In this document: positions 52,594-61,504 of the stretch, piece by piece | Numbering within the stretch: position 1 is the stretch's first letter | How the letters are laid out: each line of letters opens with the position of its first letter | NCBI GenBank assembly: GCA_050186725.1 | Contig: JBFWYG010000007.1 | Span: 732-64,731 of the forward strand | Direction of reading: 5' to 3' | DNA length: 64,000 nucleotides | From: Gammaproteobacteria bacterium | GTDB lineage: Bacteria > Pseudomonadota > Gammaproteobacteria > Ga0077536 | Notes under the pieces: generated by a model | The model's input: the letters and a program-made list of their open reading frames with translations, nothing else | Database searches by the model: none | What the model was told of the DNA's origin: nothing | Made by a program: the position numbers and the translations under genes

Positions 52594-53895
52594 ATGCAGT
52601 TCACCCAACTGGACGTTCACCTGGCCGGTCGGCGTGTGGGTCGCTTGAGCGAGTCGCCGTCAGGCCAATGGTCCTTCGTGTACGCCGCCGCGCCCGCCGA
52701 CCCGCCGCCCGCGCCGATCTCTCTCGCGCTGCAGCGGCACCAGAATGCCTACCACGGCGACCGCGTGCGGGCGGTATTCGCCAACCTGCTGCCGGAGGGG
52801 GAGATCCGGGTGAGGCTGACCCAGAGCCTCGGCATCTCGGAGCGCAACGACTTCGCGCTCCTCGCGCGCCTGGCTGGAGACTGTCCGGGAGCGCTGAGCC
52901 TGCGGGCGCCGGACGCGCCGCCCGCGGATCGCCGCCCGCCCCGCGCGCTGAACGACGCCGAGCTGCGGAATGCCATGGCCATCCTGCCGGTGCATCCGCT
53001 GCTGGCCGAGGCCGATGGTCTGCGTGTGACCCTGCCCGGCGAGTTCGACAAGCTGCCCGTGCGCTTCGCGGACGGTCAGGCGACGCTGATGCTCGACGGC
53101 GGGCTTACCACCCATATCCTCAAACCGGCGCGGCCGGGGCTCAGGGAGTCGGTGGTGAATGAGGCCTACACCAGCGAACTGGCGGCGGCCTTCGGTCTGC
53201 CGGTGGCGCGCTGCGAGGTAATCCACGGCCAGGTCGCGGTGCTGTGCGTGACGCGCGTCGATCGGGAGTCAGATGCCGACGGCGTGCGTGCGCTCGCCAT
53301 GGAAGACTTCTGCCAGGTGGCCGGACTGAGCCCCCACCAGAAATTCACCCGCGAAGGCGGGCTCGGCCTGCCGGCCATCGCACGCATCCTGCGCGACGTC
53401 AGCGCACGCCCGGCGGCCGATCTGCGCGCGCTCATACAGTGGACCATCTTCTGCTTCCTGGTCGGCTTCGGCGCTGCGCACTGCAAGCAGATAGCGCTGC
53501 GCCATGGGCCACGCGCGCCGCGGCTGGCGCCGTTCTTCGGGCTGTGGTCGACCCATGTCTATCCAGGCATGAACTACCGCATGGGTTTTCCGGTCGGCGG
53601 CGAGGATCGTCCGGACTGGATGACTGCCGGTCGCTGGCTGGAATTCGGGCGTCAGATCGGCGTGCGGCCGGTGTACGTGCTGGAATCACTGCGCGACGCC
53701 GCGGCGAGCCTGCCGCGCCTGGCCGCGGAGGTGGAGGAGCGTTTTCAGAAGCAGAACGGGTACGCGGCGATCGTCAAGCAGATCCGGGCGCTGATCGATC
53801 AGCGTGCGCGCCAGGTGCTGGTGTCGATCGAAGCGGAGACCGCGCGCGGTGAGGCGGCGACCGCCAGCGATGTGGCGGGCTCGACGCCCGCCTGA
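52594..53895 (+). CDS. hipA: HipA-family protein (N-terminal Couple_hipA plus HipA_C domains); catalytic residues apparently substituted
   Basis: 433 aa, collinear with E. coli HipA. However, where E. coli has LIGATDGHAKN this protein has LVGFGAAHCKQ, and where E. coli has PFYDIIS it has PFFGLWS. Confidence 0.75.
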   Translation: MQFTQLDVHLAGRRVGRLSESPSGQWSFVYAAAPADPPPAPISLALQRHQNAYHGDRVRAVFANLLPEGEIRVRLTQSLGISERNDFALLARLAGDCPGALSLRAPDAPPADRRPPRALNDAELRNAMAILPVHPLLAEADGLRVTLPGEFDKLPVRFADGQATLMLDGGLTTHILKPARPGLRESVVNEAYTSELAAAFGLPVARCEVIHGQVAVLCVTRVDRESDADGVRALAMEDFCQVAGLSPHQKFTREGGLGLPAIARILRDVSARPAADLRALIQWTIFCFLVGFGAAHCKQIALRHGPRAPRLAPFFGLWSTHVYPGMNYRMGFPVGGEDRPDWMTAGRWLEFGRQIGVRPVYVLESLRDAAASLPRLAAEVEERFQKQNGYAAIVKQIRALIDQRARQVLVSIEAETARGEAATASDVAGSTPA

Positions 53896-53898
53896 AGC

Positions 53899-54777
53899 TC
53901 AGGAGGCGAGCGCGGTGGGCGGCACGTAGGTGCCGTGGGCGGAGACGTCGGTCAGCACGATCACGTCACCTTCCAACGGCTGGGCAAGCAGGTGCTTGCG
54001 AGAGACGTTGCGGAAGTCCGCGTCGAGCGGCACGTCGTTGTCGCGACCCCGACCGACCGAATTGACGCCGGGGTGCAGCGTGTAGCACTTGCCGTTGTCG
54101 GACATGAGGCTCCAGCCGCGCTGATGGCTGAGCGAAAACTGGTGACGTGCGAGCTTGAGTGAAATACTCGCGCCGCGCGCGAGCTTGATGGTCACCGCCT
54201 CGCCCGGCGGCAGACGGCGAAGCTCGTCGCGCTCGAACTGGGCCGTGGTCTGGTCAGCGCTGAACACCAGGGTCGGCTGCGAAGGGGCGTTCGCGCGTGT
54301 CGGCTGCCGCGAGTCCCGCACCAGCGCGAGCACGTCGCGCCGCGCCGCGAGGTAGGCGAGATAGGCGTCGACGGCGACGCGCAGATAGCTTTCCGCGGCG
54401 CGGGAGCGCTCCAGCAGTGCCGCGAACATCACCCGCCAGTCATGATCCTTGCTGAATACCGCCACCCCGAGTTCGCCCAGCGCCGCGGCGTAGCTGCCCG
54501 TGCCTGCCTCGCAGCGCGCGCGCAGACTGGCGAGGCGCTGCTCGAGGGCGATGATGCCGCGCGCTTCCTCCTCCAGACCGGCGGGCGCAAGTCGCTGGCA
54601 GTCGTGAATCCGGGCCGGGGTCACGCCGGTGCGCGCGGCGAGCGCGAAGGCGAAATCGGCCGGCGCGTCGAAGCGCAGACGCTGCCCGCCCAGGTGTAGC
54701 TCCAAGACCTGTCCCGGCTTCGCGAACCAGCCGGCGAGACCGCCCTTCAGGAACTTCTTGAGAGTAGTGAAAGCCAT
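53899..54777 (-). CDS. FHA domain-containing protein
   Basis: C-terminal FHA core GRGRDNDVPLDADFRNVSRKHLLAQ...SAHGTYV. The N-terminal roughly 200 aa are unknown. It converges on hipA with a 3-bp gap. Confidence 0.7.
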   Translation of the reverse strand: MAFTTLKKFLKGGLAGWFAKPGQVLELHLGGQRLRFDAPADFAFALAARTGVTPARIHDCQRLAPAGLEEEARGIIALEQRLASLRARCEAGTGSYAAALGELGVAVFSKDHDWRVMFAALLERSRAAESYLRVAVDAYLAYLAARRDVLALVRDSRQPTRANAPSQPTLVFSADQTTAQFERDELRRLPPGEAVTIKLARGASISLKLARHQFSLSHQRGWSLMSDNGKCYTLHPGVNSVGRGRDNDVPLDADFRNVSRKHLLAQPLEGDVIVLTDVSAHGTYVPPTALAS

Positions 54778-54898
54778 GTAGTTCAGACGCTTGAGCGAAC
54801 AACCTAAGACCACATCTATGATGCTAGTCCCAGGCTAGTCAAGATTCAAGGTGATGTCTGTGACCCGGTTGGAGAATCCTGCCGGGCGGCGCCGCTCA

Positions 54899-55231
54899 TC
54901 AGTCGAGCGGCCACAAATCCATGAGCTTCAACATGAACGGCGTCCACGCCAGCACCAGCAGGACGAACACCACCAGTTCGGCGCGAATGGCGCGCGCCAG
55001 GCGATGCTTCTCGGCGGCCACGGCGTCGCTCATGAAGACCTTGGCCATGCATACATCGAGTGGAATGGCGAACACCAGCATCATCATCACGGACGGCGCG
55101 ATGACGGTCGGCAGCAGTCGCCAATCGTGCAAATGTGCCGACCCGTCGGCGAAGGGCGCCGCCGCGATGCAGGCGAGTGAGGCCGCCAAAAGCAGGCTGC
55201 GCAGTGTGCCGAGGTCGTGGAAGAGCTTCAT
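54899..55231 (-). CDS. small predicted membrane protein (2-3 TM)
   Basis: 110 aa with hydrophobic stretches LLLAASLACIAAAP and LVVFVLLVLAW. It lies upstream of and co-directional with the FHA gene. Confidence 0.4.
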   Translation of the reverse strand: MKLFHDLGTLRSLLLAASLACIAAAPFADGSAHLHDWRLLPTVIAPSVMMMLVFAIPLDVCMAKVFMSDAVAAEKHRLARAIRAELVVFVLLVLAWTPFMLKLMDLWPLD

Positions 55232-55332
55232 GTCGCAGACGAACGCAAGACTGGGCGGCGCTCTACGCGGGTGCCGGAACGGTGAGGGCGATAATACACT
55301 ACGCGCCCCACAGCCACCCGCGGCGGTCGCCC

Positions 55333-56592
55333 ATGGCCTACAAGTTCTCCGCCCTCGCGTCGCGTTTCGTCGGACACACCGGTACGCGCTTGTTGATGGA
55401 CGATCTCGGCGAGGCCCTGGACAGCGATCGCGACCTGTGCAATCTCGGGGGTGGCAATCCCGCGCGCATTCCCGCGATGGACGAGGTGTTTCGCGCGGCC
55501 ATGGCGCGCGAACTGGAAAGCGGCGCGTTCACGCGCCTGGCGGCCGTGTACGACGGGCCGCAGGGTTACAGGCCCTTCCTGCGCGCGGTGGCGAGTCTCT
55601 TCCGACGCCATTTCGGTTGGCCGATAGGCGAGGAACATGTCGCCGTCACCGCCGGCAGCCAATCGAGCTTCTTCATGCTGTTCAACTTGTTCAGTGGCGA
55701 AGGCGCGGACGGCGTGGTGCGTCATCTGCGCCTGCCGCTGACCCCGGAGTACATCGGCTACGGCGACCTGGCGGCGCGACCGGACGCCATCGTGTCGTCG
55801 CGTCCCCACATCGAATTGCGCGAAGGGCGCGAGTTCAAGTACCACATCGACTTCGATGCGTTGACCTTGGGGCCGGAGACCGGCGCGGTGTGCGTGAGTC
55901 GCCCGACCAATCCGACCGGCAACGTGTTGTCCCAGGACGAGGTGGCTCGCCTGGTGAGATTGACCCGCGACGCCGACGTGCCGTTGATCCTGGACAACGC
56001 CTATGGCGCGCCCTTTCCCAACATCCTGTTCGCGGCCGGCGAACCGCTGTACGCGGAGCATCTGGTCTACTGCCTGAGTCTCTCCAAGCTCGGATTACCC
56101 GGGCTGCGCACCGGCATCGTCATCGCCCCGCCGGAACTCATCGAAGCCCTGCGCAGCTTCAATGCGATTCTCACCCTGGCCTCGAGTAGCCTCGGCGCGA
56201 GCCTCGTCACGCCGTTGTTCGAGAGTGGCGAGGTGCTGCGTCTGGCCAACGAGGTCGTGCGACCGTTCTACCGCGAGCGCGCCGCGCTCGCCGTCGCCTG
56301 GTGTCATCGCTATCTCGCGGACACGCCGTTCCGCATCCACGTGGCGGAAGGCGCCATCTTCCTGTGGTTGTGGTTTCCCGGCCTGCCCGTGACCTCGCAG
56401 CGCCTCTACGAACGGCTCAAGGCCCGCAACGTGCTGGTCATCCCAGGGCAGTACTTCTTCCCGGGCCTGGCGGAACCCTGGACGCACCGCGACGAGTGCC
56501 TGCGAATCTCCTACGCGCAGTCGGCACGCGAGGTGGAGCAGGGCATCGCGATCCTCGGCGAGGAAGTGCGCCGCGCCTACGCCGAGGGTTGA
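55333..56592 (+). CDS. avtA: valine--pyruvate aminotransferase
   Basis: Starts MAYKFSALASRF. It is collinear with E. coli AvtA (GGGNPA.IP, YDGPQG, SLSKLGLPG.R, EGAIFLWLWF). Confidence 0.8.
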   Translation: MAYKFSALASRFVGHTGTRLLMDDLGEALDSDRDLCNLGGGNPARIPAMDEVFRAAMARELESGAFTRLAAVYDGPQGYRPFLRAVASLFRRHFGWPIGEEHVAVTAGSQSSFFMLFNLFSGEGADGVVRHLRLPLTPEYIGYGDLAARPDAIVSSRPHIELREGREFKYHIDFDALTLGPETGAVCVSRPTNPTGNVLSQDEVARLVRLTRDADVPLILDNAYGAPFPNILFAAGEPLYAEHLVYCLSLSKLGLPGLRTGIVIAPPELIEALRSFNAILTLASSSLGASLVTPLFESGEVLRLANEVVRPFYRERAALAVAWCHRYLADTPFRIHVAEGAIFLWLWFPGLPVTSQRLYERLKARNVLVIPGQYFFPGLAEPWTHRDECLRISYAQSAREVEQGIAILGEEVRRAYAEG

Positions 56593-56598
56593 CGCGCC

Positions 56599-57585
56599 TC
56601 AGGTCCGCTCGAGCGCGCGCGCGAGGCGCGACTCCAGCGGACCGAGCAGGCGTGCGGCCAGTCCTCGTCGCCGCTCGCTGCGGATCTCCAGCACGTCGAA
56701 CTCCGCCATCCGGTCGATCAGAAAGGCATCGCTGGTGGCCAGCGCGTCCACCAGGCCGAGTTCTCGCGCGCGGCTCGCGAGCCAGTACTCGCCCGTCGCC
56801 ACCTGCTCGATGTCGAGGCCCGGCCGATGCTGCATGATGAATGCCTTGAACAGGCGATGGGCCTCGTCCAGTTCCGCCTGGAACTTGGCGCGGCCTTCGC
56901 TGGTATTCTCGCCGAACAGCGTCAGGGTGCGCTTGTGGCGACCGGCGGTGACCAGCTCGAAGTCGATGTCGTGGCGTCGCAGCAGCCGATTGAAGTTCGG
57001 CAGCTGCGCGACCACGCCGATGGAGCCGATGATGGCGAACGGCGCGGCGACGATGCTGTCCGCGACGCAGGCCATCATGTAGCCGCCGCTCGCCGCCACC
57101 TTGTCCACCAGCACTGTCAGGCGCAGCCCGCGCGCGCGGATGCGTTCGAGCTGTGACGCCGCGAGCCCGTAGCCGTGCAGCGTGCCGCCCGCGCTCTCCA
57201 GCACGACCGCGACCTCGTCGCCATCGCTCGCGACGCTCAGGATCGCGGAGATTTCCTCACGCAAGGCAGACACGCCGGTCGCGCGCATGTCCCCGGCAAA
57301 GTTGCACACGTACAGCCGCCTGGTCGCGGCCGGTGCGCCCTTGCGCGCCTTGGCGGCCCGCTTCGCGCGCGCCTTGAACTCGCGCGGTGGCAGCATGGCC
57401 GCCTCCAGGCTGAGGCGCGCGTCCTCGTGACGCTCGTTCAGTTTGCGCACCACCAGACGCGACTCGTCCGGGCGCGTCGCGGCGCGGCCGCGCGCGACGA
57501 CGACCAGCACGAGCGGCGCGGCCAGCAGCAGCGCCACGGTCAGCGCCTTGGCCGCGAAGGGCAGGTAATCAGCGAGAAATTCCAT
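56599..57585 (-). CDS. sohB: S49-family peptidase SohB
   Basis: An N-terminal TM segment and the ClpP/SppA-like catalytic region are present. 328 aa. Confidence 0.8.
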   Translation of the reverse strand: MEFLADYLPFAAKALTVALLLAAPLVLVVVARGRAATRPDESRLVVRKLNERHEDARLSLEAAMLPPREFKARAKRAAKARKGAPAATRRLYVCNFAGDMRATGVSALREEISAILSVASDGDEVAVVLESAGGTLHGYGLAASQLERIRARGLRLTVLVDKVAASGGYMMACVADSIVAAPFAIIGSIGVVAQLPNFNRLLRRHDIDFELVTAGRHKRTLTLFGENTSEGRAKFQAELDEAHRLFKAFIMQHRPGLDIEQVATGEYWLASRARELGLVDALATSDAFLIDRMAEFDVLEIRSERRRGLAARLLGPLESRLARALERT

Positions 57586-57667
57586 GAGTCGAAATGCCGG
57601 TCAGCGGGAAAGACGCCAGTCTAACTGCCCCGCCATGGCAGGTGTCTGCGCGCCGGCGCGCGCGGGG

Positions 57668-58117
57668 TCAGGCGCCTGGATGAGCGGCCGGCCGGCTGCG
57701 CAGGGCGCATTCCGCGTGACAGATTTTCTCCACCAGTCGCGCGCGCGCCGCGTCGCCTTCGTTGGCGAACCACAGGCCGATGTCGAATCCCTGGATGCAT
57801 TCGCGCACGAGAACCACGGTGGCGGTGAAGCGCTGCGCTCGCCCGCGCAGTGGGATCTCGAGGTCGAGGGTCGTGCCGGCAGGAATGTACTCGGACGCGT
57901 GGAAGCTCAGGCCGACGGTGCCGCCGACTGGCTCGCGCCTGCGAAGAAACCGCGGCATCAGTGACCGTCGCCTGGAGTAGTGCAACGGAAACTGAGCCGG
58001 GTGGGAAATGAAGTCCTCTTTATTGGCGTCGAGGCGGGCTGGACCAGCACCCGCGTTCGCGTTGGGCATCGTCGACGAGACAGGTAAGAGACGGCTTTCG
58101 CGGTCACGAGCTTGCAT
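57668..58117 (-). CDS. hypothetical protein (possible PilZ-like c-di-GMP binding domain; start uncertain)
   Basis: An RFLRR motif is followed by a beta-rich region. Internal Met at MPRFLRR. Low confidence. Confidence 0.35.
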   Translation of the reverse strand: MQARDRESRLLPVSSTMPNANAGAGPARLDANKEDFISHPAQFPLHYSRRRSLMPRFLRRREPVGGTVGLSFHASEYIPAGTTLDLEIPLRGRAQRFTATVVLVRECIQGFDIGLWFANEGDAARARLVEKICHAECALRSRPAAHPGA

Positions 58118-58247
58118 CGTCCAGACCTCGCAAAATCTTCCTATTAATAATAGGTTGCGAAGCTAATTTATAGTCAGTTCGAGCTAATGCGTCAAGTCCG
58201 CCATAGCCGCGCGAGTATTCGCTCGCAAGTTGCTGATCCGAAAAGCG

Positions 58248-59087
58248 CTAGGCGCCGGCATCACGGGCGCTCACATCCAGCCACGCCCCCACCACCTCCA
58301 CAGTGCGGCCCTCGCCATCGCGCACCGCGCGCAACGAATCGACCACCCGCAGGTAGCTGCCGTCGCGATGCCTGACGCGATACTCGAGCACCGCGAAGCC
58401 TCGTTCCGGGCCGGCGAGTGCGAGCAGGGTCTCTCGATAGCGAGCGAGGTCGGCGGGATGGATGAGACCGGGCCAGAAGTCCGCGTCCACGACCGCCGTG
58501 GTCCGCTCGTAACCGGTGAGGCGGTGATAGTTCTTGCCGACGTAGCTCGGATGCAGATGGCCGTTCTCGCAGGAGAGGCTGTAGAGCACGGCGGGACTGA
58601 ACTCCACCCAGTACTCGAGCAGTTCGTTGGCCTCGTCGAGTTCACGCACGCGCTCGTCGAGTTCGGCGTGGATGCGTTCGAGTTCGGCCCGTGCGCGCAT
58701 GTCGTCGGCCTGTCGCGCGCGCGCGTGGAGCGCCTCGCGTGCTGCGGCCAGCAGGGGGACGGTCTGCACCGGCGTTGCCAGGTAGCGCGTGATGAGCCCC
58801 GACTGCAGCGCGTCCACGACACGCGCGAGGTCGGTGGGCGGGGCGGCCAGCACCACCGGCGTGGACGGCGAATGGGCGCGAAAATCGCTCAGCAGCGCGT
58901 GGACGCCTGTGGCCGCGAGATCCATCGCGGCGAGCACCATGCTCCAGTCCGTCTGTCGCAGACCGGCCGCCGCCGCGGTCAGATCCTCGGCCCAGTGCAG
59001 ATGCCCGAGACTAGCCAGTTGGTCCTGCGCGGCGCGCAGCGAGGGCTCGGGGAGGACATCAATGCACAGAAGCGTGGCTGGGGTCAT
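58248..59087 (-). CDS. signalling protein with degenerate receiver-like N-terminus, coiled coil and C-terminal PAS domain
   Basis: 279 aa. A PAS-like region YRVRHRDGSYLRV...VGAWLDVS is present. Confidence 0.5.
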   Translation of the reverse strand: MTPATLLCIDVLPEPSLRAAQDQLASLGHLHWAEDLTAAAAGLRQTDWSMVLAAMDLAATGVHALLSDFRAHSPSTPVVLAAPPTDLARVVDALQSGLITRYLATPVQTVPLLAAAREALHARARQADDMRARAELERIHAELDERVRELDEANELLEYWVEFSPAVLYSLSCENGHLHPSYVGKNYHRLTGYERTTAVVDADFWPGLIHPADLARYRETLLALAGPERGFAVLEYRVRHRDGSYLRVVDSLRAVRDGEGRTVEVVGAWLDVSARDAGA

Positions 59088-59191
59088 GGCGGAACGGCAC
59101 GAGAATTCTTGCGAAGGTGGCTGGATCAGCGGCCCGCCGCCCGCGGGACTGTAGTCCCGAGGCTCCGCCTAGGCCGATGCTATGATGGCTC

Positions 59192-59548
59192 ATGGAGCTC
59201 TTCTTCCGCTTCGATTTCGCCGCGGCTCGTTACCTGCCGCGTCTGCCGGACAGTCATCGTTGCAGTCGCATGCATGGCCACACCTTCCACATCGAGTTCG
59301 CGATCCGCGGCGAGCCGGGCGCGGAGAGCGGCTGGCTGGTCGACTTCGACGAGGTGGAGGCGGGCATCGAACAACTCAAGGGCGAACTGGATCACCACTG
59401 CCTGAACGAACTCGAGGGGCTGGACAATCCGACCACCGAGGCGCTCGCAGCCTGGCTGTGGCGACGGCTGGTGGCACTGTACCCCGGGCTGCATCGCGTG
59501 ACGGTGCAGGAGCACCCGTCACGCGGGGTGAGTTGCTTCGGGGATTGA
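59192..59548 (+). CDS. queD: 6-carboxy-5,6,7,8-tetrahydropterin synthase (PTPS family)
   Basis: The CxxxHGH motif CSRMHGHTF is present. 118 aa. Confidence 0.8.
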   Translation: MELFFRFDFAAARYLPRLPDSHRCSRMHGHTFHIEFAIRGEPGAESGWLVDFDEVEAGIEQLKGELDHHCLNELEGLDNPTTEALAAWLWRRLVALYPGLHRVTVQEHPSRGVSCFGD

Positions 59549-59556
59549 GGCGCGCC

Positions 59557-60375
59557 TCAGGTCGGCATGGGGTGCCAGCCGGCGTCGGCCCACAGCTGAC
59601 CGCTGACGGCGGAATTGCGGATCAGGAAGGAGATCGCGTCGGCGATTTCCTCGGGGCGTATGAGCCGCTTGATCTGCGTGGCCGGCAACACCTGGGTCTG
59701 GATGTAGTCTTCACCCAGCGCGCGCACCATGGGCGTGTCGGTGAAGCCCGGGTGCAGCACAGCGCAGCGGACGCCGTAGTAGATCGCCTCCTTCATCAGG
59801 GTGGAGGCCGCACCTTCGAGGCCGACCTTGGTGGTCGCATAGGAGATCTGGCCCTTGTTGCCCTGCGAGGACACCGAACCGATGAAGACGATCACACCTT
59901 GCGTGCCTTCGTCGGGGCTCCACTGCTTGAGCCCGCGCACGAAACGGTCCTCGGCGAGCTGCGCGACCATTTCCAGCGCCCAGTAGACGGGCGCCACCAG
60001 GTTGACCTCCATGACCAGGCGGAAATGCTCGATAGGGTAAAGGTTGGCCTTGCCCTTTTCCTTGTTCATCTTCACCGCCAGGGCATCGCGCGTGATGCCG
60101 GCAGCCGGCACGCAGATGTTGATAGGGCCGTACTGGTGGCGCATGGTCTCGAAGACTTCGTGGCGGAAGGTCGCGTCGGTGGTGTCGCCGCGGAAGGCGC
60201 GCGCGACCTTGCCACCGTGTTCGGCATTGAGGCTGTTGGCCACCTCCGCCACCGCCTCAGAGACGTCGACCAGGGCCAGACCGGACACGCCCTGCTTGTA
60301 CAGTTCGGCGGCGGCGGCGCGCCCGATACCACTCGCAGCGCCGGTGATGACCGCGACCTTACCCTTGATGTCCAT
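59557..60375 (-). CDS. SDR family oxidoreductase
   Basis: Motifs TGAASGIGRA, NAG and Y-x3-K are present. 272 aa, with an AT-rich promoter upstream (60376-60450). Confidence 0.8.
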   Translation of the reverse strand: MDIKGKVAVITGAASGIGRAAAAELYKQGVSGLALVDVSEAVAEVANSLNAEHGGKVARAFRGDTTDATFRHEVFETMRHQYGPINICVPAAGITRDALAVKMNKEKGKANLYPIEHFRLVMEVNLVAPVYWALEMVAQLAEDRFVRGLKQWSPDEGTQGVIVFIGSVSSQGNKGQISYATTKVGLEGAASTLMKEAIYYGVRCAVLHPGFTDTPMVRALGEDYIQTQVLPATQIKRLIRPEEIADAISFLIRNSAVSGQLWADAGWHPMPT

Positions 60376-60468
60376 TGAAAATTCTCTGCTGCAACTGATT
60401 GGTCATTATAGGAACTTGATGATGCGCTGCAATAACGGAGGTCCGCCGGGGGGCGGGGCCGGGGCCGC

Positions 60469-61497
60469 ATGAGGCGCAGGGCGAGCGCCGACTCTCAGCA
60501 TCTGCAGGCGGCTGACTGTCCCGCGCTGCGCGCCGCCCACGACCACTCGAAGCAACTGCTGGCGGCGATGGAGACGCGCTTCGCGGCGCAGGCAGACACG
60601 CTCGAAGGCGTCGTCACCGTCGCGGTCGGCGGCTCGCTCGGACGGCTGGAAGCGGGCGTGGATTCGGACATCGATTGCATCGTGGTGATCGATGACGCGG
60701 TGGACGACCGCCACGCAGACGAACTCATGCGCGCCGTGCAGGCCTGTCTGGCCGCGTCACGCTTGAAGCTCCCCAAGGCTGACGGCATCTACCGCGCGCC
60801 CATCGCACCGCGTGACCTGCTCGCGCCGGGCGGGCTGGGAAGCCTGGAGGAATCGCCTGCGGTGTTCGGCAAGCGCATGCAACTGCTGCTCGACGCACGG
60901 GCGGTGCACGGGCATGCCCGCTACGAGTCGCTGCAGCGCGCGGTGCTCGACTGGTATGCGAGCGACTTCATCGCCGCGCGCGCGAGCCGCGGCTGGACGC
61001 TGCTGGTGAACGATCTCATGCGTTACCTGCATGCCTATGCGGGCTGGCAGCAGTTCAAGTTCGCGCGCAGCGTCGATGACAGTTGGCAACTGCGCCAGGC
61101 CAAGCTGCGCGGCAGCCGCCTGCTGACCTTCGCCGGTCTCCTGTTCCTCCTCGGCGAGAGCGACCGACGCGCGGACAAGTTGGACTGGGTGGCCGCGCGC
61201 TTGTGCGCGCCGCCCCTGGCGCGGGTGGCCATGATCATGGCGGACTCGGACCAGGCGGCCTACGCGCGACTGCTCGGCGACTACGAGACGGTGTTCGCCA
61301 TCCTCGCCGATCCCGCGCTGCGCGCGCGCCTGGTGGCGACCGGCCCGGACGAGACGCGGCGCCTGGCCGCGCCACTGGATCCGAGCTTCGAGCGACTGCG
61401 TGCCGCCAGCGCGGGCATTGCGACCGCACTCACCCGATTCGCGCTCGCGCGCGTTGATCACTGGGGCCTGCGCTTCTTCGAGCGTTGGCTGCTGTGA
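60469..61497 (+). CDS. Pol-beta-superfamily nucleotidyltransferase domain protein (GlnD/GlnE-like NTase core plus helical C-terminal domain)
   Basis: NTase motif GGSLGRLEAGVDSDIDCIVVID. The start may be the internal METRF (about 60568). Confidence 0.5.
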   Translation: MRRRASADSQHLQAADCPALRAAHDHSKQLLAAMETRFAAQADTLEGVVTVAVGGSLGRLEAGVDSDIDCIVVIDDAVDDRHADELMRAVQACLAASRLKLPKADGIYRAPIAPRDLLAPGGLGSLEESPAVFGKRMQLLLDARAVHGHARYESLQRAVLDWYASDFIAARASRGWTLLVNDLMRYLHAYAGWQQFKFARSVDDSWQLRQAKLRGSRLLTFAGLLFLLGESDRRADKLDWVAARLCAPPLARVAMIMADSDQAAYARLLGDYETVFAILADPALRARLVATGPDETRRLAAPLDPSFERLRAASAGIATALTRFALARVDHWGLRFFERWLL

Positions 61498-61504
61498 GCG
61501 CCGT

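Noticed and set aside
52594-53895. Calling hipA a pseudogene
   Set aside because: The reading frame is intact and full length with a coupled hipB. Only catalytic-motif substitutions are seen, so I annotate it as a CDS and flag the motifs rather than calling it a pseudogene.
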